A stretch of DNA of 64,000 nucleotides from Rhynchopus sp. YZ270_cl-10 (Eukaryota). A model generated the notes under the pieces. It was given only the letters and a program-made list of their open reading frames with translations, ran no database searches and was not told where the DNA came from. The DNA lies in the NCBI GenBank assembly GCA_964035575.1, contig OZ037840.1, positions 682,001 to 746,000 of the forward strand, given 5' to 3'. Positions 35,241 to 48,502 of this stretch are shown here, piece by piece; within the stretch, counting starts at the first letter, position 1, and each line of letters starts with the position of its first letter. Made by a program: the position numbers and the translations under genes.

Positions 35241-35943
35241 CCATTTTGGGTGTTCCCATTTCAAAAAGACACTATCCATACGTGCCCCATATCCATACGA
35301 AAATTTTTTCACCTGCAAAAATAAAATTTTCTTATAAAATTTTCTTATAGAAAATCCCAAATCGCAAACCGGATTTAGAGGACAGCATGTCCTCAACCAG
35401 GGTATTAGGGTGGTTAAAAAAACTGGTTTTCGTTTATCGCACCGCAAAAGGTTTGTGTTTTTCACTGATGAATGTGAGTGATGTTAGTGGAAAAACAATA
35501 CGCTAAAGCGGGCACGCACCATCCGTCGTTTTCCATTTCTATTCGTCAATGCTTGATAACACAAAAAAAAAAAAACAGAGAAATCTGGAGGGGAAAAAAA
35601 AACCGACACTTTTCACCAGGCCTTTCTGTAAATGTCGTCCCCAGATTAGGGCGGACCCGATTTTTTTCCCCGCCTGGTAGAACCGTGGTTGAACCACGGG
35701 AGTGCCTTTGGGAAATGGCTGTTCCTTGATTTTTTTTTGCCTCGGCGCCATTTTTCATTTTTTGCTCCGTAAAAAAGGGTTCGTTTGAGTGGCTCTGTGG
35801 TGTAAAAAGCTAGATTTTTACACCGTACCCCAAAATGACCTTTGGATCTCCCCACTTGTACCAAATCAATTCAACACCCCCTTTTGCCTCTCCTTTGTTC
35901 AGCGAAAAATAATTTACCCCCACCCCCTCTTTTCTTAGGTATA

Positions 35944-36252
35944 CACCACGCTGGATGATAGGGTGATTTGGTAGATTTACATGATAGGTCACATGATAGA
36001 ATTTTATCATGTGAACCGGTAAATCTAACATGTGGGAAATCTAACATGTGAACTATCATGTGAAGTGGGAAAACTATCATGTAAACTATCATGTGAACCG
36101 GGAAATCTAACATGCGAACTATCATGTGAAGTCGGAAATCTAACAAGTAAAGTATCATGTGAGCCAGTGAATCCTATCATGTGAACCGGGGAATCCTAAC
36201 ATGTGCCCTATCATGTCACCCTATCATGTGACCCCTATCATCCAGCGTGGTG
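35944..36252. mobile_element. TA-flanked MITE with CACC termini
   Basis: 20-bp TIR CACCACGCTGGATGATAGGG; internal TATCATGTGAA/TCTAACATG repeats. Confidence 0.8.
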
Positions 36253-38381
36253 TACACTGCCATGAGAGGGCTTTGTACTTCAGGATACATTTTTCTTTTG
36301 CGTCGGCCAGCGCAGATTGGCTGCTTGGAACAATAGTTCAGGAGATTTTTTTTAACCTTCTTTTCGTTTAGAAAAGAAAGTATATGAAATAATTTACTTT
36401 CATTTTAAGATGACTAAGCACGAGAGGCTTAGGATCATCTTATAAAATTTTCCTTTTTTTTTTTTCCTGTCCTTCCAGTATTTCCTTTTTAGTTTGCTTT
36501 TTATTCTATTTTTCTTTCTTCTGTGTTTGCTTGGGTTTCCTATCTGATACACATACAGGATGTGCTGGTATTTGTTTGGATTGGTAGCACTTATTGCACG
36601 GAATACTTTACGTATATACGGCAGCCACCAATACCAAGACTCTTTAGGTTACTATGCCTCCTGGTGCACAGACAGGACATATCTTTGTAAGGACGAGAAG
36701 GAAACGGAAGAAAAAAAAAACTTTTTATTTTTTAGTTTTGTGTATTCCCTGACCAAAAAACTGAAGTAGAAGGTACCAAATGTTCACACGAACAGGTTTC
36801 ACGACATTCACCCACCATATAAAGGGAAATCACTGAAGATGTCCACCCTTTTGAATACTACTGTATGATTCTTAGGACTGAAACAGGGTTAATGTTAGAA
36901 ACCAATCTACTGAAGTTTCAATTTGTGCATGAAGCATTTATTTTTCTTTTTCTACGTTTTGCAAAACATTCCAAAAAAAAAAGCAAGGGTACATTTGTCG
37001 CACCCTCTTTGCTTTCTTTTCATTTCGGTTAAGAAAAGAAAGTATATGAAATTATTTCCTGTCCTTTACCTTCAGGGATTTATATACGATTTTTTTCCTT
37101 ACCAAAAGTGCAAAAAAAGTGAGGTTGCTATTCCTGAGGGGGCTGGAGGCACGGAGGGGCTTTTTTGAAGAAATGGACTTCAGATTGAAGTATCATCATT
37201 GTACTAGCCCAGGGGGCTTCACTGGCTAGGGCTCCAGCAGGTCCCACATGCACTATGCCTGACTCCAGCACGCAAGGTAGCATTCACAGCACCTTTCCCC
37301 CCTTCAGGAGGAGTGCACAAAAGGGCACCCGGATGCAATTTTTCACCCATATCAGGACTCATGACTCAAATTTTTTTTGCGAAGCGAAAAAAAAATAATA
37401 TAATATGGCGCCGCAGGCGAAAAAATATTGGGGTACGGTGTAAAAATCTAGCCTTTTACACCACAGAGTCACTCAACGAACCCTTTTTTGCGGAGCAAAA
37501 AAGGAAAAATGGCGCCGCAGGCAAAAAAAAATTTGGGTACAGCCTGTATGGTACGGGATTTCATGGTGCGGTCAGCAACCCAGTTCAAGGTTCCCCAAAA
37601 AATGCAAAAAACTTTTTTTCCAAATCTGCAAAAGTTTTTTTTTTTTTTTCAAAACTGAGGTTCAGCCTCAGTTCTACTATGGTATATAAATCTCTGTTTA
37701 CCTTCCACCCGTTTTGTTTATCGGTGAGACGTTTGCACTTTTCAACTTTTTTTAAACATGGGTGTGCGCGAGAGGCACAATCATCTTACAAGTCTTCTTT
37801 TGGTTGTCTTCAGAGTACCTTATTTCTTAGAAACTCCAGATCTCGAACGCGTATTCTTTCCCGTGTTTCGACACCCGGAAAAGTGATATCGTTTGGATCC
37901 AGATGGCTCTTGTGCAGTGCCACAGACTTCCTGTGCTGTTTGCAGCAAGAGAAAAATAGCCACAACTGGAACGTGTGGGAGGGGAAAATGTGATGTCAGC
38001 TTGAGGGGCGCCATTTATGTCAATATTTTTTTAATCAGATGTAAACCACGAAATGGACGTAGGACTGTATGGTTGGGGTCCACCCACGGTACACCCCGGT
38101 CTTGTACCAAGGTACACTGTCACAAGCGGGCGTATTCCAAGCCAAGTTTTTTTGTATGATACGATAAACAGTGTGGAAACAAAAAAAAAGTGCGTCAGGC
38201 CATTGGGGAAGGAACGGGTGTGGTGTGGGGTGTGATTTTTTTTTTCTCTTTTTTCTCTTGTGCTTTCATCCGGATGGCTGGCATCGTACGTGGGTCAGTC
38301 GGAGGTGCCTGCATCAACAGCTGCAGTTTTTCTTTTTCGGGGGGGTCCGGGCCCCGGATCACCCCCTCGTTTTTAAAATTA

Positions 38382-41300
38382 GGGAGATAGTCAGACTTAC
38401 CCTACCCTATTTTGAAAAAGTTCAGACTTGCCCTATGAAAAAGTTCAGACTTGCCCGAAAATAAGTTCAGACTTGCCCTAAAAGTGTTTTTAGGGCAAGT
38501 CTGAACTTATTTTTAGGGCAAACACTTTTTTTAGGGCAAGTCTGAACTTTTTTGGGGCAAGTCTGAACTTATTTTAGGGCAAGTCTGAACTTATTTTTAG
38601 GGTAAGTTTGAACTTATTTTAGGCAACAAGTCAGGCCACTTTGGCTGGGTACCCAGGTACCCAGATACCCAGGTCCAGGTCCAGGAACAGGTACCCAGGA
38701 ACAGGAAAAAAGTCGTGAAAGAGCAACCACAGCTCCACATGACAAACACAAAAGTGTCCAGTCACGTGGGGCATTCATGCACTGAGGAGATAATGATCCA
38801 ACAATTTACAAGAAAGATTACTTAACCTACTGCTGGAAATTGCCAGGTCGTAGTAACACACAAAGTGTGCCTCCGTTCGGGAAGACCGGATATTCTAGAG
38901 ACCAAAAAGGCCTCAAGAATATCTTCCGGTAGTCAAGGTAGAACCGAGTGAACGGCCCAAGACCCCCGTGGAGAAGTTAAATGTTGTAATGCTATCAGGT
39001 AGAAACTGCGAACACTGTCTTACCCTCCTCAATGCATGGTGGTTGATGTCTTCCACAACAAATTTCCTGTACCCAGGTACCCAAATTCCCAGACCCACGC
39101 AGTGGCACATGACCGCCAAGTGTGAGTGACCCACACATGAGGGAATGCGACACTACGCAAAATTTACCACCAGACCCTGTCTTCGTGCACCTGAAGTACA
39201 ACGCCGCAGACAGGCCAAACATGCGTTGGACTCAGAGGAATGCCCGCTGTGCAGGTATCAAACATGAGAACCAACTCCCAGCAACAAGGGGCGCCTTTTG
39301 GCGGGCGTTGTTGAGGGTGTTTGGGGTGCAAAGTTTTCCACAATTTTGATGAGCGGGTACAGAAGTGTTATCTTGTTCTTTCATCTCTAGGAATGTAAAT
39401 GTCAATCGCGTTTAACTACCACTAGGGCTTGTTCAGTGAACCCACAAGGGGTCGAAGGGGGTTGGTTATCCCGTATCTATCAAAGGTTGTGTCGACCAGG
39501 CTAAACCACTATGTTACGCTGTACGTTGTTAAATCCGAAGAAATAACACTTTAGCAGCCGCAGGAAGTTTGCTAAAAAGAGTGCCTCACGCTACACAAAC
39601 CACCACCCGCGATTGACTTAGATGTTATAACAAAGAGAATTCAGAACAAAACAACACCCTGCCCCATACACACTAAATTGTCATGCTTCAAGAGCATGCC
39701 TGGGCCAAAATTACTGTGACAAAAAGGCAACAAGACCACCCACAAGGAGTGTGAATTGTGCACTGGTTTTCTGGGGGAACGCAATATTTTCTTGTGCCTC
39801 GTCCTCCGTAAGCAGAGGACAGACTTTCCGGAAGGTTTCCAAAGTCGAATTTCTTGCACTAGCTATGCTCCCTGGGTTAAATGGCTATAGCAGTGACTGA
39901 CAGAGTGTTCCCACCACCCTTTCCACCGCATATGCGCTCGTTCTGCACAGTTGGTTCTCGATGCTGCACTCGCGATACCTGTTTAAAAGTGAAGTTGTGA
40001 GTGGTGGGGAAATTAAAGAAGGTGAATTCTTAAAAAAATAAGTTGGCTTGAGGGTTTAAAATATTGTTCTGGAGACTTTTTGGAGGAAATACGAGTCGAC
40101 AGCTTTCAGGGCCGAGCAGCATAATATTATGCAATACATAATATACTTTGAAACGTCGTTGTGAAATATTCTACTACAAAAAACGGGGGGGGGGGGCATG
40201 TCCCCTTTTGTCGTCAGCCCAGAGTCAGTAGGCTCTGCCACACCTTGGGGCGAAGAAAGCGCAATTATTTTGTTGAATATTCACCAGAAAGTTACGTATT
40301 TACCCCCACGGTACATACCTTGTCTTGCCTTCGCTGCTGTCAAGGTGCCTTCGTTCTGGGTACCCAGTACCCAGTACCCAGTACCCAGTACCCAGTACCC
40401 AGTACCCAGTACCCAGTACCCAGTACCCAGTACCCAGTACCCAGTACCCAGTACCCAGTACCCAGTACCCAGTACCCAGTACCCAGTACCCAGTACCCAG
40501 TACCCAGTACCCAGTACCCAGTACCCAGTACCCAGTACCCAGTACCCAGTACCCAGTACCCAGTACCCAGTACCCAGTACCCAGTACCCAGTACCCAGTA
40601 CCCAGTACCCAGTTACCCAGTACCCAGTACCCAGTACCCAGTACCCAGTACCCAGTACCCAGTACCCAGTACCCAGTACCCAGTACCCAGTACCCAGTAC
40701 CCAGTACCCAGTACCCAGTACCCAGTACCCAGTACCCAGTACCCAGTACCCAGTACCCAGTACCCAGTACCCAGTACCCAGTACCCAGTACCCAGTACCC
40801 AGTACCCAGTACCCAGTACCCAGTACCCAGTACCCAGTACCCAGTACCCAGTACCCAGTACCCAGTACCCAGTACCCAGTACCCAGTACCCAGTACCCAG
40901 TACCCAGTACCCAGTACCCAGTACCCAGTACCCAGTACCCAGTACCCAGTACCCAGTACCCAGTACCCAGTACCCAGTACCCAGTACCCAGTACCCAGTA
41001 CCCAGTACCCAGTACCCAGTACCCAGTACCCAGTACCCAGTACCCAGTACCCAGTACCCAGTACCCAGTACCCAGTACCCAGTACCCAGTACCCAGTACC
41101 CAGTACCCAGTACCCAGTACCCAGTACCCAGTACCCAGTACCCAGTACCCAGTACCCAGTACCCAGTACCCAGTACCCAGTACCCAGTACCCAGTACCCA
41201 GTACCCAGTACCCAGTACCCAGTACCCAGTACCCAGTACCCAGTACCCAGTACCCAGTACCCAGTACCCAGTACCCAGTACCCAGTACCCAGTACCCAGT

Positions 41301-42739
41301 ACCCAGTACCCAGTACCCAGTACCCAGTACCCAGTACCCAGTACCCAGTACCCAGTACCCAGTACCCAGTACCCAGTACCCAGTACCCAGTACCCAGTAC
41401 CCAGTACCCAGTACCCAGTACCCAGTACCCAGTACCCAGTACCCAGTACCCAGTACCCAGTACCCAGTACCCAGTACCCAGTACCCAGTACCCAGTACCC
41501 AGTACCCAGTACCCAGTACCCAGTACCCAGTACCCAGTACCCAGTACCCAGTACCCAGTACCCAGTACCCAGTACCCAGTACCCAGTACCCAGTACCCAG
41601 TACCCAGTACCCAGTACCCAGTACCCAGTACCCAGTACCCAGTACCCAGTACCCAGTACCCAGTACCCAGTACCCAGTACCCAGTACCCAGTACCCAGTA
41701 CCCAGTACCCAGTACCCAGTACCCAGTACCCAGTACCCAGTACCCAGTACCCAGTACCCAGTACCCAGTACCCAGTACCCAGTACCCAGTACCCAGTACC
41801 CAGTACCCAGTACCCAGTACCCAGTACCCAGTACCCAGTACCCAGTACCCAGTACCCAGTACCCAGTACCCAGTACCCAGTACCCAGTACCCAGTACCCA
41901 GTACCCAGTACCCAGTACCCAGTACCCAGTACCCAGTACCCAGTACCCAGTACCCAGTACCCAGTACCCAGTACCCAGTACCCAGTACCCAGTACCCAGT
42001 ACCCAGTACCCAGTACCCAGTACCCAGTACCCAGTACCCAGTACCCAGTACCCAGTACCCAGTACCCAGTACCCAGTACCCAGTACCCAGTACCCAGTAC
42101 CCAGTACCCAGTACCCAGTACCCAGTACCCAGTACCCAGTACCCAGTACCCAGTACCCAGTACCCAGTACCCAGTACCCAGTACCCAGTACCCAGTACCC
42201 AGTACCCAGTACCCAGTACCCAGTACCCAGTACCCAGTACCCAGTACCCAGTACCCAGTACCCAGTACCCAGTACCCAGTACCCAGTACCCAGTACCCAG
42301 TACCCAGTACCCAGTACCCAGTACCCAGTACCCAGTACCCAGTACCCAGTACCCAGTACCCAGTACCCAGTACCCAGTACCCAGTACCCAGTACCCAGTA
42401 CCCAGTGCCCAGTACCCAGTACCCAGTACCCAGTACCCAAAAATAATTTAGGTGCCCTAAACAGAAACGCAAAAACGACGACCGCCGGCGGGCTCTGTGA
42501 CCCAAGAGCCCCCAACTTGCCCTAAAAATAAGTTCAGGGTTGCCCTAAAAATAAGTTCAGACTTGCCCCAAAAAAGTTCAGACTTGCCCTAAAAAAAGTG
42601 TTTGCCCTAAAAATAAGTTCAGACTTGCCCGAAATAAGTTCAGACTTGCCCTAAAAACACTTTTAGGGCAAGTCTGAACTTATTTTCGGGCAAGTCTGAA
42701 CTTTTTCAAAATAGGGTAGGGTAAATCTGACTATTCCCC
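38382..42739. mobile_element. 4.36-kb Mutator/foldback-like non-autonomous element carrying the (CCCAGTA)n satellite
   Basis: G-terminal ~230-bp TIRs built from AAGTTCAGACTTGCCC subrepeats; 9-bp TSD TTAAAATTA at 38373-38381 and 42740-42748. Confidence 0.85.
40360..42439 (+). repeat. (CCCAGTA)n satellite, ~2.08 kb (~297 units)
   Basis: Near-perfect 7-mer array with one insertion near 40614 and one substitution near 42407. Confidence 0.98.
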
Positions 42740-42776
42740 TTAAAATTATTTTTTTTTCAGGTGATTTGGAACCCCA

Positions 42777-43435
42777 CACCATGGACTCGTAATGACATTA
42801 CGTGACGAGGGACGAGGGAAATTACGTGGGAAATTACGCGCGCAATGACGTCGTCACGACGCGGGCACCCCCTCGTAATGACGACGTCATGACGTGGGGT
42901 TTCCCTCGTCACGACGACGGCATTACGACGTCATGACGAGGGGGTGCCCTCGTAATTACGAGGGGTGCTCCCGTGGTAATTGTCTGGCTATTGCCTCCCA
43001 GGGAAAGGGACTCTCGAAATTTTTTTTTGGCCCCTATATAGGGCTAATTTCGACGATTTGAGGCCATTAAAAGCAAAATTTGGCACTTTCAAGCATCTGT
43101 GGGGGTCTAATGACCGTATTTTGGCTGAAATTTGACTCGACAATTTTTTTCACCATTTGGTCAATCTGAGGTTTTCTTTGGATTTTTTGGGCCACTTTAT
43201 GACCTACCACGCCCGATTTTTGAAAAAAAAAAATTTTTTTTTATTGGTCAAAAATCGCCTTGTCGTGGGTGCCCACGTCATGACGACGTCGTGACGTGGT
43301 AATTACGAGGGGGTGCCCTCGTAATTACCTCGTCATGACGAGGGCACCCCCTCGTAATTACGAGGGGGTGCCCTCGTCAAGGCACTCGTAATTACCTCGT
43401 CATGACGCGCGTAATGTCATTACGAGTCCATGGTG
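42777..43435. mobile_element. TIR element with CACC termini and 2-bp (CA) duplication (CMC/EnSpm-like?)
   Basis: 26-bp TIR CACCATGGACTCGTAATGACATTACG with internal CTCGTAATTACGAG/CGTCATGACG palindromes. It interrupts a GGTGAT..ATCACCCC motif seen intact near 45102 and 45155. Confidence 0.8.
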
Positions 43436-43598
43436 CAATCACCCCCGCGAGAGCCATGTGTGCATGCACATGAGACGTATTCATCTGTCAACCTTACTTT
43501 CTTTCTTTTACATCCTTGTTTACACAGCTGCCGTTTTTCTCTTTTTTCTTACCTGTTTTACTTTATTTTTTGCACTCCTTTTTGCTCACATTTCAACC

Positions 43599-44286
43599 CA
43601 GGGTATTAGGGTGGTTAAAAAAACTGGTTTTGAAAACCGGTTTTTCCAAAAACTGGTTTTCAAAAGAAAAAAACAGAGTCTAAAGAGACTAAAACAACCA
43701 AGTTTTCAAAAAAAAAAACAGAGAAATCTGGAGGGGAAAAAAAAACCGACACTTTTCACCAGGCCTTTCTGTGAATGTCTTTAAGGCGGACTCAATTTCC
43801 CCCCCCGCCTGGTAGAACCGTGGTTGCACCACGGGAGTGCCTTTGGGAAATGGCTGTTCCTATTTTTTTTTTTGCCTGCGGCGCCATTTTTCATTTTTTG
43901 CTCCGCAAAAAAGGGTTCGTTGAGTGGCTCTGTGGTGTAAAAAGCTAGATTTTTACACCGTACCCTCAAAAATTTTCGCCTGCGGCGCCATTTTATGTTA
44001 TTTCTTTGCTCCGCAAAAAAAGAAAACATACAGTCCCTCTCCCTGTTCCCTGTCTACCCTGGGTCAGCAGCGCCGAAAAATATTTTGAGCAAAAAACAAG
44101 CTGACCTCCCCAATCTTGAAATCTGGATTCCTGGATAAGACACTGACCCCCGAAAAACCCAAAAAGGGTGACTGTGTCCGTCAACGGTGGAGGTTTTCGC
44201 AGGAAACACTAGTTTTCGCCACCCAGGAGAGAAAACCAGAAAAACCAGTTTTTTCCGGAATTTTGGATTTTCACCCTAATACCCTG
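43599..44286. mobile_element. hAT-like non-autonomous element
   Basis: 15-bp TIR CAGGGTATTAGGGTG; 8-bp TSD TTTCAACC; an orphan left end of the same family lies at ~35398. Confidence 0.85.
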
Positions 44287-44482
44287 TTTCAACCCAAAAA
44301 CAAAAAAAAAAAAGGGGGGAAAAAGGAAAAATGAAAAGAACGAAAAGGTGTATGTGATGACCCTTCTCAAATGCTTTCTGTTGTCCTAAATTGAAAGTGT
44401 GTGAGTTTGATTTTCTTCTTCTTTTTTTTCTTCTTTCAAAAACGAGTCCACGTCACTATCAGAAACAAACAATCCACATAAA

Positions 44483-46485
44483 TGGTGTGGCCCGATTTCT
44501 GGTTTTGCGTGTCTCAAGAATGGCCCAAGAATGGCCCAAAAGTGGGTTAAATCGAGGGGGGGTCCCTTTTTTAATTTGTTACCCGGTGTTTTTTTTTGGG
44601 TGGTTTTCACAGGGCTCTCGCCAATCACCCCTTTTGGCCAAAATGGGGGGTGATTTGGGGTCCCCGAGCTTTCCCCCCGTAAAAGCGGTCGCGCGCGCGC
44701 TTCGCGCGCGCGACTCCCTGCCAGTGCAGGGAGGCGAGGCGCTTTCTCCCCTCGTTTGGGGTCAGCTTGTTTTTATGCCCAAAAATTTTTTCAGCACTGC
44801 TGACCAGGGACATTGGGAACATAGGGAACTGTATGTATGTACTCTTTTTTTGCGGAGCAAAAAAAAATAATACAAAATGGCGCCGCAGGCGAAAAAAAAA
44901 TTAAGGTACGGTGTAAAAAGCTAGCTTTTACATCACATACTCACTCAACGAAACCTTTTTTGCGGAGCAAAAAAGGAAAAATGGCGCCGCAGGCAAAAAA
45001 AAATTGAGGTACAGTCTGGATGATGCGGTCAGCAACCCAGTTCCCCATGGTACTCCCGTGGTTCAACCCTGGGATTTTTTTTTTTTTTTTTTTTTTTTAG
45101 AGGGGTGATCCGAAACCCGGATCACCCCTCTTTTTTTTAATATTTTTTTTTTTTGGGTGATTTAAAACCCGATCACCCCCCGGCGAGAGCCATGGGTTTT
45201 CACGCTAGGTCTGACCCGGAGGCACCTCTGCATAGTGACTGGAGGGGAAATTTGGGGTGGTCCTAACCTTTCGGTTAGGAATAATTCACAACACGGTGGC
45301 TAAAATCTGTACTGTACTGTACTGTACTGTACTGTACTGTACTGTACTGTACTGTACTGTACTGTACTGTACTGTACTGTACTGTACTGTACTGTACTGT
45401 ACTGTACTGTACTGTACTGTACTGTACTGTACTGTACTGTACTGTACTGTACTGTACTGTACTGTACTGTACTGTACTGTACTGTACTGTACTGTACTGT
45501 ACTGTACTGTACTGTACTGTACTGTACTGTACTGTACTGTACTGTACTGTACTGTACTGTACTGTACTGTACTGTACTGTACTGTACTGTACTGTACTGT
45601 ACTGTACTGTACTGTACTGTACTGTACTGTACTGTACTGTACTGTACTGTACTGTACTGTACTGTACTGTACTGTACTGTACTGTACTGTACTGTACTGT
45701 ACTGTACTGTACTGTACTGTACTGTACTGTACTGTACTGTACTGTACTGTACTGTACTGTACTGTACTGTACTGTACTGTACTGTACTGTACTGTACTGT
45801 ACTGTACTGTACTGTACTGTACTGTACTGTACTGTACTGTACTGTACTGTACTGTACTGTACTGTACTGTACTGTACTGTACTGTACTGTACTGTACTGT
45901 ACTGTACTGTACTGTACTGTACTGTACTGTACTGTACTGTACTGTACTGTACTGTACTGTACTGTACTGTACTGTACTGTACTGTACTGTACTGTACTGT
46001 ACTGTACTGTACTGTACTGTACTGTACTGTACTGTACTGTACTGTACTGTACTGTACTGTACTGTACTGTACTGTACTGTACTGTACTGTACTGTACTGT
46101 ACTGTACTGTACTGTACTGTACTGTACTGTACTGTACTGTACTGTACTGTACTGTACTGTACTGTACTGTACTGTACTGTACTGTACTGTACTGTACTGT
46201 ACTGTACTGTACTGTACTGTACTGTACTGTACTGTACTGTACTGTACTGTACTGTACTGTACTGTACTGTACTGTACTGTACTGTACTGTACTGTACTGT
46301 ACTGTACTGTACTGTACTGTACTGTACTGTACTGTACTGTACTGTACTGTACTGTACTGTACTCCCAATCCCCCGTGTATACTGTGTATACTGTGTAAAG
46401 GGCAAAAAAATTAAAAAATACACCTAAAAAAACACGGCTCAAGAATGGCCCAAAAGTGGGTTAAATCGAGGGGCGGGCCACACCA
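44483..46485. mobile_element. 2-kb TGGTG-family element carrying (GTACT)n
   Basis: TGGTGTGGCCCG...CGGGCCACACCA; ATAAA at 44478-44482 and 46486-46490. A ~35-bp direct repeat CAAGAATGGCCCAAAAGTGGGTTAAATCGAGGGG lies near both ends. Confidence 0.75.
45307..46363 (+). repeat. (TGTAC)n microsatellite, ~211 units
   Basis: Perfect 5-mer array. Confidence 0.98.
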
Positions 46486-46559
46486 ATAAAAGTAAAAAAA
46501 AAAAGTTTGGGTACATATTGTGCCCTATACCTTCTATTCAGTAGAATAGTATAATGACT

Positions 46560-47436
46560 TTTTCAACTTACCTTCCTTCACCCCCCTGTAAGGGTAACCG
46601 TAGGTGAAGTAAGGTATAGTATTGAAATCGATGTGGGGGGGGAGTAAAGGGTCAATTTTACAAAACCAGATTTTGAGGAAAATTTTAGCCAAAAATGGGC
46701 CCCACGTATAAGGAACCGGGCTCATATTTCTCAAAATTTAAGTGATCAAAAAATTGTCCAATTTTCGAGATTGACCCCACCACTGCACGGGCGGAGCCCA
46801 AAAATGCAAATAAGGACCCTTTTCAACTTACCTTCCTTCACCCCCCTGTAAGGGTAACAATGAAATACAATACAAAACAAACAGAGTAGCAAAAACAAAA
46901 ACAAAAACAACAAAGTTGAAACAAACTTTTTCAAACCCCCTGTAAGGGTAACCGTAGGTGAAGTAAGGTATAGTATTGAAATCGATGTGGGGGGGGAGTA
47001 AAGGGTCAATTTTACAAAACCAGATTTTGAGGAAAATTTTAGCCAAAAATGGGCCCCACGTATAAGGAACCGGGCTCATATTTCTCAAAATTTAAGTGAT
47101 CAAAAAATTGTCCAATTTTCGAGATTGACCCCACCACTGCACGGGCGGAGCCCAAAAATGCAAATAAGGACCCTTTTCAACTTACCTTCCTTCACCCCCC
47201 TGTAAGGGTAACCGTAGGTGAAGTAAGGTATAGTATTGAAATCGATGTGGGGGGGGAGTAAAGGGTCAATTTTACAAAACCAGATTTTGAGGAAAATTTT
47301 AGCCAAAAATGGGCCCCACGTATAAGGAACCGGGCTCATATTTCTCAAAATTTAAGTGATCAAAAAATTGTCCAATTTTCGAGATTGACCCCACCACTGC
47401 ACGGGCGGAGCCCAAAAATGCAAATAAGGACCCTTT
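46560..47436 (+). repeat. Three tandem copies of a 260-bp unit; second copy has a ~94-bp insertion
   Basis: TTTTCAACTTACCTTCCTTCACCCCCCTGTAAGGG starts at ~46560, ~46820 and ~47174. Confidence 0.92.
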
Positions 47437-48502
47437 TTAATTTGTTCTCTTGAAATGTGTAATTTCATGTTTTCGCGAAAAAAATAACAACTGATCCTAC
47501 AAGGGTTGAAGGAAGGTGGTTGAAAACAACAATAACAACAAGGACAAGTAATTGCTAAGAAAAAAGCGGGGTGTGCTGTGGAAAACTCCGCGCGATTTTC
47601 GAAACCACCGTAGCATCCTGGCGATTTGCTGGAGGTGCTGCTGCGCCTGGTGTGATCGATGTGTTGTAGTCTGTGCATTCTGTGTTCCTTCCGCACTGCT
47701 CCAACGACGACGACAATGTGGGGAGCCTGTGGGCAAAAACGAGCTGGACCACGCCGAGCCTGCCGAGCGGGCGTCCAACAACGCTATCGAGCAGATGGTG
47801 CTGGACGAAGAGGACAGCCCCCCTTCTTGAACGTTTCAGATGCTGGCGTCCCAGTGGGTCTGGCAGCGTACGAAGAGCGTTAGCATACCTGCAGAAGAGC
47901 AGAATGCTGGGCGTGTTGTAGATTATTTCTACAGGATGGAGTTCCACACCACACCCCGTTTTTTTTCCGATAGCAATTACTTGTTTTGCTTTGAACACTT
48001 CTGCCAATTCAAAAAAAATTTAAAAAAAAAAACTCAAAGCAAAAACCCAATGATGGGCTCAGAGCGCACCTCGTCTTTGGCGGTTGTCGAGACAACAAAA
48101 AAGACGCCACTTTATTTTTACTTGTAGGTTACGACATTCGTCCCATCTTCGCGCATCCGTGTCGCACCAAGCGCATGTTCGAACACCACGCGCTACTGTG
48201 CCAGCGTTATCGAACTTCGTCTGGGCATTAGGCTTTATCCCTGACAACACCTTGTGCAAGACTACGCAGTTTGATGCTTTGCGATTTTTGTCGTTCGGAA
48301 TGTGAAGCTTAAGTTCATATCTTATTACTAATAGCTCTTCCTTATTGTCCCTCCCAACACACCTTCCCGCAATGCTCCTACACCAACCTACTGCACCTAT
48401 CCTCTGCGACCTCTGGCCTGGGTCGGTTGCATTCATCACGACGTTCTTTCTGACACACACACCATCACCACACCACAGGACTCTCAAACTAGGGTTTGCA
48501 TC

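Noticed and set aside
38382..38620. CRISPR-like short repeats (also 6350-6750, 35960-36240, 59130-59300)
   Set aside because: No unique constant-length spacers, mirrored orientation within TIR elements, no cas genes, eukaryotic context.
40161..42525. 630-775 aa ORFs (PVPSTQY / VLGTGYW repeats)
   Set aside because: Artefact of a stop-free 7-mer satellite that is open in nearly all frames.
45257..46442. 360-385 aa ORFs (CTVLY / STVQY repeats)
   Set aside because: Translation of the (TGTAC)n microsatellite.
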